A stretch of 64,000 bases of DNA, taken from sequence record MN988561.1, one strand, 5' to 3'. The position numbers and the translations under genes are program-made. This document shows positions 45,594-57,100 of this stretch, piece after piece. How positions within the stretch are numbered: position 1 is the first letter of the stretch; every line of letters begins with the position of its first letter. The notes beneath the pieces are model-generated. The model saw only the letters and a list, made by a program, of their open reading frames with translations. It had not been told where the DNA came from and ran no database searches.

Positions 45594-45911
45594 CTACTTT
45601 TTCTTCTTGTGACGGTATGCGTCTAATTGTGTTTCTAATCTACCAGCGTAGTTAGAAAGAATTTCTATAGACATTAATGCAGCTTTAGCTACACTAGGTG
45701 AACTTGTATCGAAGTCTTCAGTACTTAAACTTGTGATAGGTAGCTTAGGTCTGACATTCTTAGGTGGCTCAGGCCAGTCTTGTACAACGACTTTCTCGAC
45801 GACCTTGACTGGAGGCGGGAGAGGCGTCCGTGACTTGCTCGTACTTACACAAGAACTCAGAAGAATTACAGGAATCATTGCATATACGTACTTCATTGTC
45901 CTGATTCCCAC
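45594..45911 (-). CDS. o-spanin-like lipoprotein
   Basis: MKYVYAMIPVILLSSC lipobox, Pro-rich; overlaps the end of the upstream coiled-coil gene. Confidence 0.7.
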   Translation of the reverse strand: MGIRTMKYVYAMIPVILLSSCVSTSKSRTPLPPPVKVVEKVVVQDWPEPPKNVRPKLPITSLSTEDFDTSSPSVAKAALMSIEILSNYAGRLETQLDAYRHKKKK

Positions 45912-46219
45912 TTATTACCTAGCTTATTACCCTCTTCTTTGAGCCATTTCATAGATTCTTGACAAGAATTGCCAATAACTGCTGAAGATAGTTCACTTAG
46001 AAGGTGATTATGCTCGATATCTTTCTTATTAATGACCGTTTCAGAGTCTTCGAGATTCTTCATAAGATCTCTCTTATTCGCCTCAAGAGCGCTGATTTTC
46101 TCGTTATTAAGAGTGACAACTTCTGACATTTGATTGTAAGAATTCTGCCACTGTTTGATAGCTTCATCTTTGATTTCAATCGTCATAGCAGAATTAACTA
46201 ATTGAGTCTTAAGACTCTT
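45893..46219 (-). CDS. i-spanin-like coiled-coil protein, C-terminal part (N-terminus lost in gap)
   Basis: Coiled coil ending in C..SMKWL, immediately before the lipoprotein gene. Confidence 0.55.
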   Translation of the reverse strand, partial: KSLKTQLVNSAMTIEIKDEAIKQWQNSYNQMSEVVTLNNEKISALEANKRDLMKNLEDSETVINKKDIEHNHLLSELSSAVIGNSCQESMKWLKEEGNKLGNKWESGQ

Positions 46220-46238
46220 NNNNNNNNNNNNNNNNNNN

Positions 46239-46450
46239 GTTGCCAGAAGCATACGAATCTTCGAACCACTTAATTTGTTATCCTGAGGATCAACAATTAA
46301 ATCTGTAAGATCGATGTTAGGATACTTTCTGGATGAATGCAATTTGAGGATAACCATGATAGCTACCACAAGAACTACAACGAGACTGAATGCTCGCTCT
46401 GACATCCACCCAGAGATGTCATGAATTAAATTGAATAGTGCGTCATCCAT
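46239..46450 (-). CDS. membrane protein (holin-like), N-terminal part
   Basis: TM helix and DLTDLIVDPQDNKLSGSK; truncated by an N-run. Confidence 0.45.
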
Positions 46451-46458
46451 AATAGTTC

Positions 46459-47238
46459 CTATGAATATTTCTCCTTGAGAGTTTTCATGGAGATCATTTG
46501 ATGGTCGATGATCTTACCTTCACCAACTCGTAATCTACAAATTCCGTATGTCCAACCAGTAGCACTTAGTCCAGCGTAGTGTTCAACTTCTCCATCAGGT
46601 AGAGAGGTGCCGACATTGAACACTTGAACAGATTGATTAGAACCAATCTTAGCTTCATGGTGAATACGGTGACGATGAGTGTGTCCTAGAACGACTGAGA
46701 AGAGAGTATCTCTTGCGATCGCTGCTTCGACATTCTTACCTTTATAAGGTACACCCATCGTATTGAATGGAACATGAGTAAATCCTACTCCACCTAAGAA
46801 TAGAAATTTACCGTATGCGGATACATTAAAATTGTATCTGGCGTATAATTGCTCGATGAGAAGACCGAAATGACCACACTCCTTTGGTCTAGCTTTAGCT
46901 TCTCGATGAGCTCTGTCCTCGTGATTTCCTAGTGTAATATGGCGTTCGACTTCTGTATGAGATGGAGCTTCTTTATCAAACATATAAAGAGCTTCTTCAC
47001 CAGCACTAATATCGTCCATAAAAGTTGGACGTTCAAGATCCTCTTTGGATCCAGGCAATTGATGCCTAGACAAACTATCGAGAGATAGAAAGTCACCTAT
47101 GCTAACAACACAGTCAGATGGATTGGCAGATAGATAACGACCGATCCAAGTCATTCTTTCATTGGATCTTTTGGGACTGACGTGAGCATCAGCGATGACC
47201 ACCACGTCTTGAGATTTGTCGTCAGTAGATTTAATCAC
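46459..47238 (-). CDS. calcineurin-like metallophosphoesterase
   Basis: IADAH, SIGDF, LGNHE, FTH and LGHTH motifs. Confidence 0.88.
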   Translation of the reverse strand: MIKSTDDKSQDVVVIADAHVSPKRSNERMTWIGRYLSANPSDCVVSIGDFLSLDSLSRHQLPGSKEDLERPTFMDDISAGEEALYMFDKEAPSHTEVERHITLGNHEDRAHREAKARPKECGHFGLLIEQLYARYNFNVSAYGKFLFLGGVGFTHVPFNTMGVPYKGKNVEAAIARDTLFSVVLGHTHRHRIHHEAKIGSNQSVQVFNVGTSLPDGEVEHYAGLSATGWTYGICRLRVGEGKIIDHQMISMKTLKEKYS

Positions 47239-47302
47239 GGAATAATCCTTAAGGAGACATTAGAGAGGTCACAAGAATGTGACCTCTCCCTCGTCAATTC
47301 AA

Positions 47303-47908
47303 CTACGCAAGTACTGAATTAAACTTCTGAGCGTAAGTTGCTACATCTTTGGCTCGATCGAGACCATTGATGATTCTTCTTGCATTTACCCAGTCAGTTG
47401 TATTAGAGTTAAAGTAATTCTCTAGAGATACTCCTGTGAAGTCACCTCTAGTGCTCTGCCCCTTAGTCATTCCTTCAATCATGATTCTAGCAGCGATCTT
47501 AGGATCCATTGCTAGTTCAGGATTGCCTACCAGATCAACTCCTAGGAGTTTACCCATATTTAAATAGTTATTGTACCATGTAAGTTGTACATATCCTCGT
47601 CCACAGTACTTAGCTCCATCGCCTGGATTTTTATTACCCATTTGAAGAGCTAACTTAGGACGAGTCCCCTTGATGTCGTACATCTTGGTATAATAAGCAT
47701 TGCCACCATACTCCTTAACAGGGAGCATAGTCTTAGCAGTTTCATGATAAGCAGTTGCTAACATGTAAGCTGCCCATCTTGTATCTTCTACTTCAGCCTC
47801 GATTTCTCCAAGAATGAAGTTTAATCCATTAACTTGAGATTGAGTCAATGAAGTGAAGAGACCATTCTTCTTAATGCCATCGTAAAATTTTTCACGATTG
47901 ATTAACAT
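47303..47908 (-). CDS. GH19 chitinase-like endolysin
   Basis: YMLATAYHET, YCGRGYVQLTWYNNY, ARRIING. Confidence 0.88.
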   Translation of the reverse strand: MLINREKFYDGIKKNGLFTSLTQSQVNGLNFILGEIEAEVEDTRWAAYMLATAYHETAKTMLPVKEYGGNAYYTKMYDIKGTRPKLALQMGNKNPGDGAKYCGRGYVQLTWYNNYLNMGKLLGVDLVGNPELAMDPKIAARIMIEGMTKGQSTRGDFTGVSLENYFNSNTTDWVNARRIINGLDRAKDVATYAQKFNSVLA

Positions 47909-47921
47909 ATTGCACCTATCG

Positions 47922-48275
47922 CTAAGGGTTAATCTTACTGTTCAAGGTCTGGATCTGTACCTTCAGATTATCATTCTCTAATTTAAGATCACTGATTTCA
48001 TCTAGAAGAAACTTAACTTGCATCTCTAATTTGGCACTATCTGCAATAGCCTTGTTACGCTCTTCATTCAGCTTGTCAGTTCTAGCTTCAAGTTCTAGTA
48101 CTCTTTTAACGAGACTATCTCTGTAACTATCAAATGACTCCGTGGCACGATCATCTCTCAGATCTCGCTTAACCATACGGAATGCTTTGTAAGAACCTCC
48201 AATTATTAGAGCAGCACACGATCCGACTGCAGCCCAGAATCCTCCTGAAGCATCGGTCGGTAAAAAGTCCACCAT
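47922..48275 (-). CDS. TM + coiled-coil protein (holin/antiholin-like)
   Basis: One N-terminal TM helix and a long coiled coil; directly upstream of the endolysin. Confidence 0.55.
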   Translation of the reverse strand: MVDFLPTDASGGFWAAVGSCAALIIGGSYKAFRMVKRDLRDDRATESFDSYRDSLVKRVLELEARTDKLNEERNKAIADSAKLEMQVKFLLDEISDLKLENDNLKVQIQTLNSKINP

Positions 48276-48277
48276 GG

Positions 48278-48739
48278 CTATTCTCCAACAGATTTATCGA
48301 TTTTATTTTTATCAAATCTTAAGAAGTCCCACCAAGCAGCAACCATAACAATTGCAGTATCCATTACTGCAGCAGCTGGAGGATATTTAGAGCTGATACA
48401 GGATAGAGATACAAATGTCCATACTGCACATGAAAAGAATTTGATGAGGAGTTCAAATTTGAATGTCTTCTTACTCGATACACGATAAAATCTCCACAAT
48501 TGAATCGATGCGAGAAAGAAGAATAGCAATACCCATTGAATCTCAGACAGGATAGAACTCATTAATCCGTAGACAGGTCTGTCAGGACTCATTGTCTGTC
48601 CAGGTAAAGCTAATGAAATTGCCCAGAGATATCCTGACATAATCGAACAGATTATGGCAGGACTTGTGTCAGCATTTTTAACTGTTGATGAGAATGCATA
48701 ATATATCTCAAATATATTATTTTTAAAATGGCTTAACAT
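48278..48739 (-). CDS. multi-pass membrane protein (MLSHFKNN...)
   Basis: Several hydrophobic helices. Its ATG overlaps the TGA of the DAEL end of the upstream gene. Confidence 0.6.
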   Translation of the reverse strand: MLSHFKNNIFEIYYAFSSTVKNADTSPAIICSIMSGYLWAISLALPGQTMSPDRPVYGLMSSILSEIQWVLLFFFLASIQLWRFYRVSSKKTFKFELLIKFFSCAVWTFVSLSCISSKYPPAAAVMDTAIVMVAAWWDFLRFDKNKIDKSVGE

Positions 48740-49660
48740 CACAACTCCGCATCTAAGCTGAATGCAAACGTATTTGTAACCGAATGAGTAAAGTACATCC
48801 CCAGTCGCGAATACTTGTGTATTTCCATTTGCAGCCGTACCAATCCATGAAATCGATGGAACTGTTCTCATTGGAGTTGGCGTGATATGGACTGTATAGT
48901 TTCCAGCATTACCAACAGTTACAGGATATTTTATATAGTATCTGTAGCAGAGCAAAGTTTCAGTTATAAGTGGACGCTCATAGAATGGATCCGACTCACT
49001 TGTGGCATCACCTTCAACTAGAGATACTCTAGCGATATCGAATGTCCCTGACTGTTGACCTAAGCTGACAGTATTCGCGTTCCAATTTGATCCTGCATCG
49101 AACCAAAATCTTAACCCTAAATAATTATCAGGATTCGATCCTAAAGTTTTACCGCTGATCGACGGGATATTAACAGTATACGAGAATTTCTGCCAGCTAG
49201 TACTCAGAAGAACTTTCTTAGGAGCAAAATCAACATTCGATGAGGGAGATCCACCAGTACCGAATACTTGAACTAGATCTACAGCAATATTTTTAGCTGA
49301 GTCAGCCTTAGCATAAAATGTAATAGTAGCTCTCTTTCCGACGAGCGTTCGTACATTTTCAATCTTTTGATGCTTTAATACATAATTTCCTGCACCTGCA
49401 ACTGATGTTACTACTGTTCTTGAGAAGTAAATCGGTTCGCCAGGTACTTCAGTCTGACCTACTGTAAATGGTTGCTGCGAATGAGTCTTTGTTGATCCTA
49501 CATGAGTATTAGCCCATCTATCGTCAGATCCATAGTCTGCAGTTGTCTGAGAAGTAGCACGTTGCCAGATTCTAAAATCACCATTAATAATTTTATTTCT
49601 TGATGGATCTGAGATCGGTATACTAGCTCGACCTGCTAATAATGTATTTTTACTAGTCAT
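48739..49660 (-). CDS. tail-fibre-type carbohydrate-binding domain protein, apparent frameshift near 48800
   Basis: RNKIINGDFRIWQR domain. The expected ...SLDAEL stop is in a different frame beyond a GGGG run. Confidence 0.65.
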
Positions 49661-49680
49661 TTAATTATCCTCAGGTCCGA

Positions 49681-50988
49681 TCAGAATTCCCACATCACAT
49701 TAGCATTACCTGTCATCGTAGGAGTACCACTAACAGTAGTTAATCTTAGTGATGCTAACTCACCTGGTAGTGTGACTTGAGCATTACCTCGAGAGTTACC
49801 ACTACCTTGATAAGTTCCATCCACTGTCATCATCCAAGTACTAGCACCTGCCGATCCAGTTACTCTATTAATGACTACAGTCACTGATGCATAAGTAGAG
49901 ACTGTAGTTCCACTAATAAAATTTAATCCTAGTGTATTCATAACAGCACTGCTCATACTACTAACACCTAAATTAGTAATAACCCCAGTGTAGCCTGTAG
50001 TAACAATACCGGTTGAAATTCCCAATTGGAGAATAGGAATCTGATTAGCACTTAATGTTAATGTAGGAATTATAACAGTAAGTCTATTAATCGCAGGAGG
50101 TAGATTCGGCCAATCAATGAAAGTACCTGACAAAGTTGTCACTGCATTTCTCTTTAGACCTTTAGTAGTCTGGAGATTTACGACATCATTAGTCAGATTT
50201 GATAAGTTGATTGTTGCGATGTCGACTGGTGCATTATAAGCTTTAATCCAGTAAGTAACAGTAATGTTAACAGGTCGAGTTTCACTAGCAGTACGTGGAG
50301 TACCATTAACACCATCAGTTACAGGATCTCCTGTACTTCTTGAGCCACTACCGTACGAGTTAGGATCGTTTGAACCTGCTTGGACAATACCTGTAGTCGT
50401 CGATACGTTACTAACTACGAATCTATGACCTTGGAATGCATCCTGTTGAGTTGATCCAAATACACGACCTGAGTCAACAGTCTGACCAGGAGTCCATCCT
50501 CGCATGAAGTAACCACCCATGTCGGGAAGGAGAGGATCTCCATTTCCATTTAAGGGTCTACCAATCGTGATCAGATGAGCTCTGAGTTCAGGATATGTAC
50601 TCGTAACTGCTGCACCATTCATCAGTAGACATCCAGGAGGAGGCGTCGTGTCACTACCAAACATAGTAACGATCTCACCTACTCTACGTCCAACAGATGC
50701 CTGAAGATCTGATACTGACTTAGTTATAGCAGTTGATCCATATGATCTAATGACAACATTGTCATTTGCATTTCGACCATCAATTAAAGTAACAGTTGAT
50801 GGAGTAGCGAATACGATATCTGACTGGAGAATCAGAATACCATTGATGAAGATATCGTAATTGTAAGGATCTATACTTAAAATTCTGCCGTCATTTGAGA
50901 CGCCACTGAATACAGTTTGACCCTCGGTCGCAGTAAATGAATAGTCAGATCGAGCTACTAAATTTGGTCTATTTCCGAGATAGGTCAT
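49681..50988 (-). CDS. tail fibre protein with collar domain
   Basis: ATEGQTVF, VGEIVTMF..PPGCLLMNG, LPDMGGYFMRGW..GRVFGSTQQDAFQGH, ETRPVNI. Confidence 0.85.
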   Translation of the reverse strand: MTYLGNRPNLVARSDYSFTATEGQTVFSGVSNDGRILSIDPYNYDIFINGILILQSDIVFATPSTVTLIDGRNANDNVVIRSYGSTAITKSVSDLQASVGRRVGEIVTMFGSDTTPPPGCLLMNGAAVTSTYPELRAHLITIGRPLNGNGDPLLPDMGGYFMRGWTPGQTVDSGRVFGSTQQDAFQGHRFVVSNVSTTTGIVQAGSNDPNSYGSGSRSTGDPVTDGVNGTPRTASETRPVNITVTYWIKAYNAPVDIATINLSNLTNDVVNLQTTKGLKRNAVTTLSGTFIDWPNLPPAINRLTVIIPTLTLSANQIPILQLGISTGIVTTGYTGVITNLGVSSMSSAVMNTLGLNFISGTTVSTYASVTVVINRVTGSAGASTWMMTVDGTYQGSGNSRGNAQVTLPGELASLRLTTVSGTPTMTGNANVMWEF

Positions 50989-51005
50989 TGATCAAAATCC
51001 AATTA

Positions 51006-51512
51006 TTAATCAGTCCAGTATTCATCGTCTGCAAAATTATAAGGAATAGGATCCATTGCTTTAATCGTCCAAGATTTGTCGTAAAGATACGATACATATG
51101 CAGTGGACTTTAAGAATAATTCAACGATTTGACCAGGAGTGAGATTCTGAGTTGCGTTATTGGCATCTCTAAAAGGTGTGATTGTTGTTGTATCACCCAT
51201 AGCGATTCGACTAGAAGCTACAGAGAATAGTGACTGAAGATTTCTGGTATCTTGTGTCGTACCTGTTATAGGAATAGTCCCTATTCCAGTTACTTGAATC
51301 GAAATCCCTTGAGCAATACGTCTCTCTCGTTCTGCGTTAATTTGATTAGAAGTAGGTCTAGGTGGAGCGTATGGAGCAATCTCATTTCCTTGATTTACCC
51401 AATCTTCTACCATTTGACGATAACGATTTCCCATATCATCAGGAATCACGAAAGTCTGACCATCAATATCTGCTTGAATGGACCCACTTTCTAAGTATCT
51501 TACATTTTCCAT
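51006..51512 (-). CDS. tail fibre assembly/chaperone protein (DUF4376-like)
   Basis: IPDDMGNRYRQMVEDWVNQGNEIAPY, INAERERRI, FRDANN. Confidence 0.75.
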   Translation of the reverse strand: MENVRYLESGSIQADIDGQTFVIPDDMGNRYRQMVEDWVNQGNEIAPYAPPRPTSNQINAERERRIAQGISIQVTGIGTIPITGTTQDTRNLQSLFSVASSRIAMGDTTTITPFRDANNATQNLTPGQIVELFLKSTAYVSYLYDKSWTIKAMDPIPYNFADDEYWTD

Positions 51513-51525
51513 CTGNNNNNNNNNN

Positions 51526-52571
51526 ATTCAGCATCAGCTGTGTAGTTAAATTGGTAATAACCACTCGAACTTGTTGCATTAGCAGTTTGATACACTCTAA
51601 AATGTCGAGGATTCTGGTCATCAACAAACACTGAACTAGGAAAACTACTAACATTTGTTATACTGACCCCAACCGTAGGTATTGTTCTCATCTGAACAGG
51701 AAGATAGACCATTTGAGTATATGCAGCACCTGATGATACATCACCTTGCCATGTTATATTATATAGTGAATTTACATAATATCTTTGACATAGCATAATT
51801 TCTTGAGTAATGGGTCTAGCAGAAAAAGGATCAGTCTCAAATTGAGCATCACCTTCGACAACTGATACGTGAGATAAATCAAAAGTCCCAGACTGTTGAC
51901 CTAAATTACTAGCACGTGCTGCGAATGTCGACCCTGCATCAAACCAGAATCCTAGAATCAATGAGTGATTTCCATCGCTACCTAGAGTTTTCCCTGAGAT
52001 TGATGGAAGACTCGTAACTATAGTATACTTCTTCCATGAAGATGTAAGTGCAACTAGACCTAGTGGAATCGAAACTGCAGCTGAAGGTGATCCACCACTA
52101 CCAAAACTCTGATAAAATTCAACAGCGATGTTTCGACTGGTATCAGCTTTAGCATAAAATGTAAGTGTTACAGTTTTATTAGCTAAATAGTGAACACCTT
52201 CGATTGCCTGTGACTTTAGTGCGTAATTTCCAGATCCTGCAACAGATGTGACCACTGTACGACTGAAGTAAGACGGACTATTAGGAACCTCAGTATGTCC
52301 TAGTGTAAATGATTGACGAGAGGCTGTCTTAGTCGATCCGATATTAAGATTATTCCATCTATCATCTGAACCATAACCAGAAGATGTCTGTNNNNNNNNN
52401 NCTAAACCATATATCAAAATTACCGTTGATAATCTTATTTCTAAATCCTGATACATTATCAATTAAGAGATTAGCACGTGATTTAGGAAGAGATACGAGG
52501 TCACTTAGATTATTAGAACTATCTAATTTACCATAAGCAACTTCAGGAGTTTCTGCTCCAATATATGACAT
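51526..52571 (-). CDS. second tail-fibre-type domain protein (paralogue of 48739-49660), spans gaps
   Basis: MSYIG..NNLSDL..FRNKIINGNFDIW then YGSDDRW..YTADAE; interrupted by N-runs. Confidence 0.7.
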
Positions 52572-52584
52572 TAACTACTCTCCA

Positions 52585-52902
52585 TCAAAGATACATAAGC
52601 ATCAATCGATGCAGCTGTACTGGATACAATATATAANNNNNNNNNNNNNNNNNNNNNNNNNNNNNNNNNNNNNNNNNNNNNNNNNNNNNNNNNNNNNNNN
52701 NNNNNGGAGCATTCTTAACAATATAAATATTGTTAGTTCCATCGTTGACATACACGTCGACATTTACAGATGCGATCAGTAGGTTAGCGACTGAAAATCC
52801 GATAACTGTAGCTGTAGTACTAGCTGGTACGTTGTAGTTAGAAATCTTAACAGGAGTCGTACCGATTACTCTACTGTTAATAGATTTAAATACAGTAGCC
52901 AT
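52585..52902 (-). CDS. small virion protein (partly N)
   Basis: YNVPASTTATVIGFSVAN..VDV..IVKN. Confidence 0.55.
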   Translation of the reverse strand: MATVFKSINSRVIGTTPVKISNYNVPASTTATVIGFSVANLLIASVNVDVYVNDGTNNIYIVKNAXXXXXXXXXXXXXXXXXXXXXXXXYILYPVQLHRLMLMYL

Positions 52903-52906
52903 TTTA

Positions 52907-53137
52907 TTATCCTAACGCAATAGCCATAGCAATTGCAGTTGAAGTATCCGATACAGAGTTCGCATCAATCGCAGTAGATAACTCTGCAAGTGTATCACGA
53001 CTAGCAGGTGCACTACCCTTGATCGTATTGATCTTATCTGTTACAACAGTATTAACAAATTCTGTCGTAGCTACTCGGCTGGAACTATTATTATTCTCAG
53101 CAGTTATTCCGACGAATGGTGGAACTGATAGTGGCAT
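52907..53137 (-). CDS. small tail-fibre-associated protein
   Basis: NNSSSRVATTEFV, APASRDTLAEL, AIAMAIALG motifs typical of fibre segments. Confidence 0.6.
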   Translation of the reverse strand: MPLSVPPFVGITAENNNSSSRVATTEFVNTVVTDKINTIKGSAPASRDTLAELSTAIDANSVSDTSTAIAMAIALG

Positions 53138-53141
53138 TGTA

Positions 53142-53827
53142 TTATCCTCTAATCCCTTCTAGAACAATATTTCCAGTGATGTTACCTGCAGATGCAATAA
53201 ATCTAATAGCATTTTGACTACCTGTTAAAGTAGCTGACTTAGACGCTAGTGTAACTCCTGCATGCAAGCTACTTGTAACTAGTCCTGTAAAGTGGGTAAT
53301 CATATACTTGATAGTTGATGCTTTATTAAGATTAATCAACGTTGCAGTAATCAGAGAAGGATCATTAGCCAATGTAGTAACTGTCATTTGATAACCAACT
53401 GCAGTACTTGAGGTACCATTTACAACTGCTGTACTATATCCATAATAAGCCAAAGAATGATTTCCACTCGTTGTGAATGTCGATCCGTTATCTGAACTTA
53501 ATTGAATAAATCCTAAACCACCTGAAGTCAGTGCTAAGTCACCAACAATTCTCAGAGTCTTAAATGCTGCTAGATTAGTAATAGGAAAGTTTGCAACGTT
53601 CGTAAATGAGTAAGATCCAATAAGTTCCCAGGCATTAGGTCTAAATACTTTCGTGCCAGTCCCATCACCTACTGCTATAGAGTTATCGTCGGTATCCCAT
53701 TCCATCACACCCTCTTCGGTTGGAAGAGATGATGTGCTTTGAGTGAGAATAATCTTAGGACTCGATAAAGTTTTATTAGTAAGTGTTTCAGATCCAGTCA
53801 AGGATGCTTTGGCGTCTAAACTTGACT
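53142..53827 (-). CDS. tail fibre C-terminal fragment (N-terminus in gap)
   Basis: TGSETLTNKTL repeat, LPTEEGVMEWDTD..GDG. Confidence 0.6.
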
Positions 53828-53893
53828 NNNNNNNNNNNNNNNNNNNCTCCTGAAGAGAAGGAGATAGGATTTAAGATCCTATCTCCTTATGTC

Positions 53894-54121
53894 TTAGACT
53901 TCGTCCCAGGTAAACTCACCCTTGTATCTAAATCTCTTACCAGTATCGTTTTCGACAACAATCGTACCGCGTACAGGATTCATTGTCTTACGATCTTCAG
54001 AAGATCTGTACAGAAGAGAAGGTTCACTTGCAGATACCTCTACGAATGTATGAGTGTACTCAATAACTCGCGTAGGATCTTCTTGTCCAAGTTCTGGTTT
54101 GACTTCAGTTTTCTTAGCCAT
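53894..54121 (-). CDS. small hypothetical protein
   Basis: 75 aa with SD; followed by a 13-bp hairpin at 53858-53888. Confidence 0.6.
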   Translation of the reverse strand: MAKKTEVKPELGQEDPTRVIEYTHTFVEVSASEPSLLYRSSEDRKTMNPVRGTIVVENDTGKRFRYKGEFTWDEV

Positions 54122-54130
54122 ATTTACACC

Positions 54131-57100
54131 TTAAGAGATTGTAAGTCTGATATTACGAATTGCAGGAGCAGTTGTAAAGTCAGTCTTGTCTAGAGTTAAT
54201 CTCAGTCGACTTGCGTTAGCAGCCAGACCTGTATACGTGTAGACTGAAGTCGTCCACTCGTTACCGATTTGAGTACTAGATACGAAAGTCATTGAGGCAA
54301 ACGATGAGTTAGCCAACTGGACTGATGGTTGGAAGGTTGACCCTGTAGGAACATACTGATCGATAACGAGCTTGAGAGTCGCTGGCGTAGTAGATCCATT
54401 AGGAATGTCAAACTGACGAGAAGTATACGTACCAGGCTTAACAGGTGTTCCACCATATAAGCAGAGACCCTTTCCGATAATCGGAGACTTGTTAGTAGAT
54501 GATGAGATCATATCTACTTTAAGTAGAACCGTACCAGAAAGTGGGACTGTATAGAGAGGAATACCAGGAGTGATATCGTACTGAGTACCTGCTTGATCCT
54601 GAAGATAGAATCTTGCTGTTGTACTCTGAGGAACCGTAATCGTCTCGTCTGATAGAACCCAATCAGAGATTGAGGTCAATCCTGTTAGAGTTAGAAGTGT
54701 AGCTGTCGCAGTTCCACTAGTGTAGACAGCTTTTCTCAGAATCATCGTCAAGTCAGAGTCCTGGAATGCAGTCCATGTAGACTCGTTAGCCGAGACTTGG
54801 AATACACCACCATAAGGCTGCTGAGTGACACGCTTCTGAGTAAGCATATCATTGTAACCGAGTTTAGCAATACCTACTGAACCAGCAGGTTGAGATGTAA
54901 GTACAACAAGTGCCTTTTCATCACCTCGGGATACAGGAATTGGAGACTCGAATGAAATCTTATTCCAACCTGCTACAACACTGGCTTTCTTGATACGACC
55001 AGACTCTGACTGCGTAGCAGATAGAGGAATACCGTATTCAGCTTCTGCTACCTTGGTAACGATATCGTCATCTGGCAGCTCTGTAACATACAATGATACA
55101 GATGTCAAGTCACCGTCATCTTCATCCAGAACGAATGTTTCAGCGATCGGATCGTAATAAACAACTTCAGTAGTAGCCGTCGTCATAACACGGAGGACCG
55201 CACTGGCAGTTGTATTACTCGACAGTCCTACACCTTTGATCTCGTAATTGTTAGTAGGCGTACCTGCTGCAACTGAGAGGTTATAAGTGTAAGCACCGCT
55301 ACCATCTGCTGTTACGTTCTGACTGATGGAACGATACGTAATATGAATCGTTTCACCTGGAGCAAATCCTAAGAATCGAGCCTGAACAGTTTCTGTTGTG
55401 ATCGTACTAGTCTTAGTTTGAGACGTCAACGGAGTTGAGAACAGATCACGAATTGTATTCCAAACGTTCTTCTTCCAAGATCCTGTAGCAGATGGAATTG
55501 TACGGTATTGATACCAGATCGTAGTCTGCGTGATATTGGATGGAGTTAACTGGAGCTGACCAATAGGAGGTGCACCTGCAACTGCATAAGGATTGATCTT
55601 CTGACTAGTCGTAACTTGTGTCTGACTAATTACATCAGTTTCCGTGAATGGAAGAGTTGTAGTAGCAGATGTAACACCAAGTCTGTTGTATGTTGAATCA
55701 AGAATCAGAGATTCAAGATACAGAATCATATTGTTAGTAAGACCCAGGTCTTGCTTAACATTCGACTTCAAGTTATCAACGAACAGATTTCTCTTGTTAG
55801 TTGTCGGATCTGTTGAACGTGCACTATCCATTAGCGATAGAGTTGCAACATTATCTTCAACTGAGAAGAGTCTTGATTTCAGACTATTCAGTTCTGACTG
55901 CGGAATATTAGTAACGGTATCTGCAGTAATTACAGGATTCGAACCATTGATCAATTCGATCGTGAACAGTGAAAGAGCATTGCTCAGATACTGCGGAGGA
56001 TTATAAGTTGTATAACCTGGAGTACCTCTACTGATAACGAACTGCTTGTTCTCAGTAATACTGAGACGATCAATACGTTTCAAGAAGTAGTCGTAGTCAA
56101 CGTAGAACACACTACCATTAACAAGAACGTTACTTGAATCAAGAACGACTCCTAGACCGTCACCTGAAATCGTAGGTACGAACGTCGAGATGTAAGTATA
56201 AGTTACAGTGTAGGTTGAACCTGGAGCAGGTTCAGCACCACCTGGAGACCAGTTAATACTATCACCTGATACAATGTAATCTGTGTTTACAACGTAAGTC
56301 GTACCACCTTGTGTAACGGATGATACTGCAAGAACTGGAGTATCTGGCAGTACGTCAATCGCTCCTGAGAAGCTACCGTGCGTAATCGTACGAGTTACAG
56401 ACTTAGTACCTTGAATACGAGTTACTGTATTGATCTTATTGTATCGAAGATTGTACGTTGCACTACCTGTGTAGGTATATGGTTCACCAGCTACTGCACG
56501 ATTGTCAACAACAGGGTCGAATAGAACCTTCTGCTGAGTTTCAATGATAACTGGTACACCATTCACACGAGCTTTACCAGAACTGATATTAACAATCGCA
56601 GAATTACTACCATCGAATGAGTCAAACGATGCACTCATACCATAAAGAACAGTACTACCACGAGTTTCTCTATCGTACTGGTTAAGAAGCTTATTCATAA
56701 CCAAGGATACATCATCAGTCTGACGAGAGATCGTCTGAATGACACCATCAACAATAGTGATAATCGGGAAGAATACTTCATCACCGGTTAGCTCACCTTG
56801 TGCGATCCATCTTGCAGACATCTTCTCGCGCATAGCACCTGGCTGACCTACGTTAGGAGATGCAGGATCTGGCTCGAGAATGAGAGGATCTTCAAGTTCA
56901 GTGATGAGAACAGTCTTAGCAGCAACACCTACAACGTAGGTGCCAGTTGCAGTAATCGGAACTACTCGAGTAGGTACTTGAGCGGTTACACCATCAAGAT
57001 ATACCGTAGCATTCTTAAGAGTGATACCTGTAGTTGTAACAGCTTCAACTTCACCACCAGTAAGAATGCTACCGTTAGTGACAAGCTGAGTTAGAATGAG

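Noticed and set aside
45893-46450. 185-aa ORF as a single protein
   Set aside because: It is a chimera across an N-run: a holin-like start joined to a spanin-like end.
48739-52571. Duplicated fibre domain as a diversity-generating retroelement
   Set aside because: There is no reverse transcriptase, the copies diverge throughout rather than only at adenines, and both are coding.
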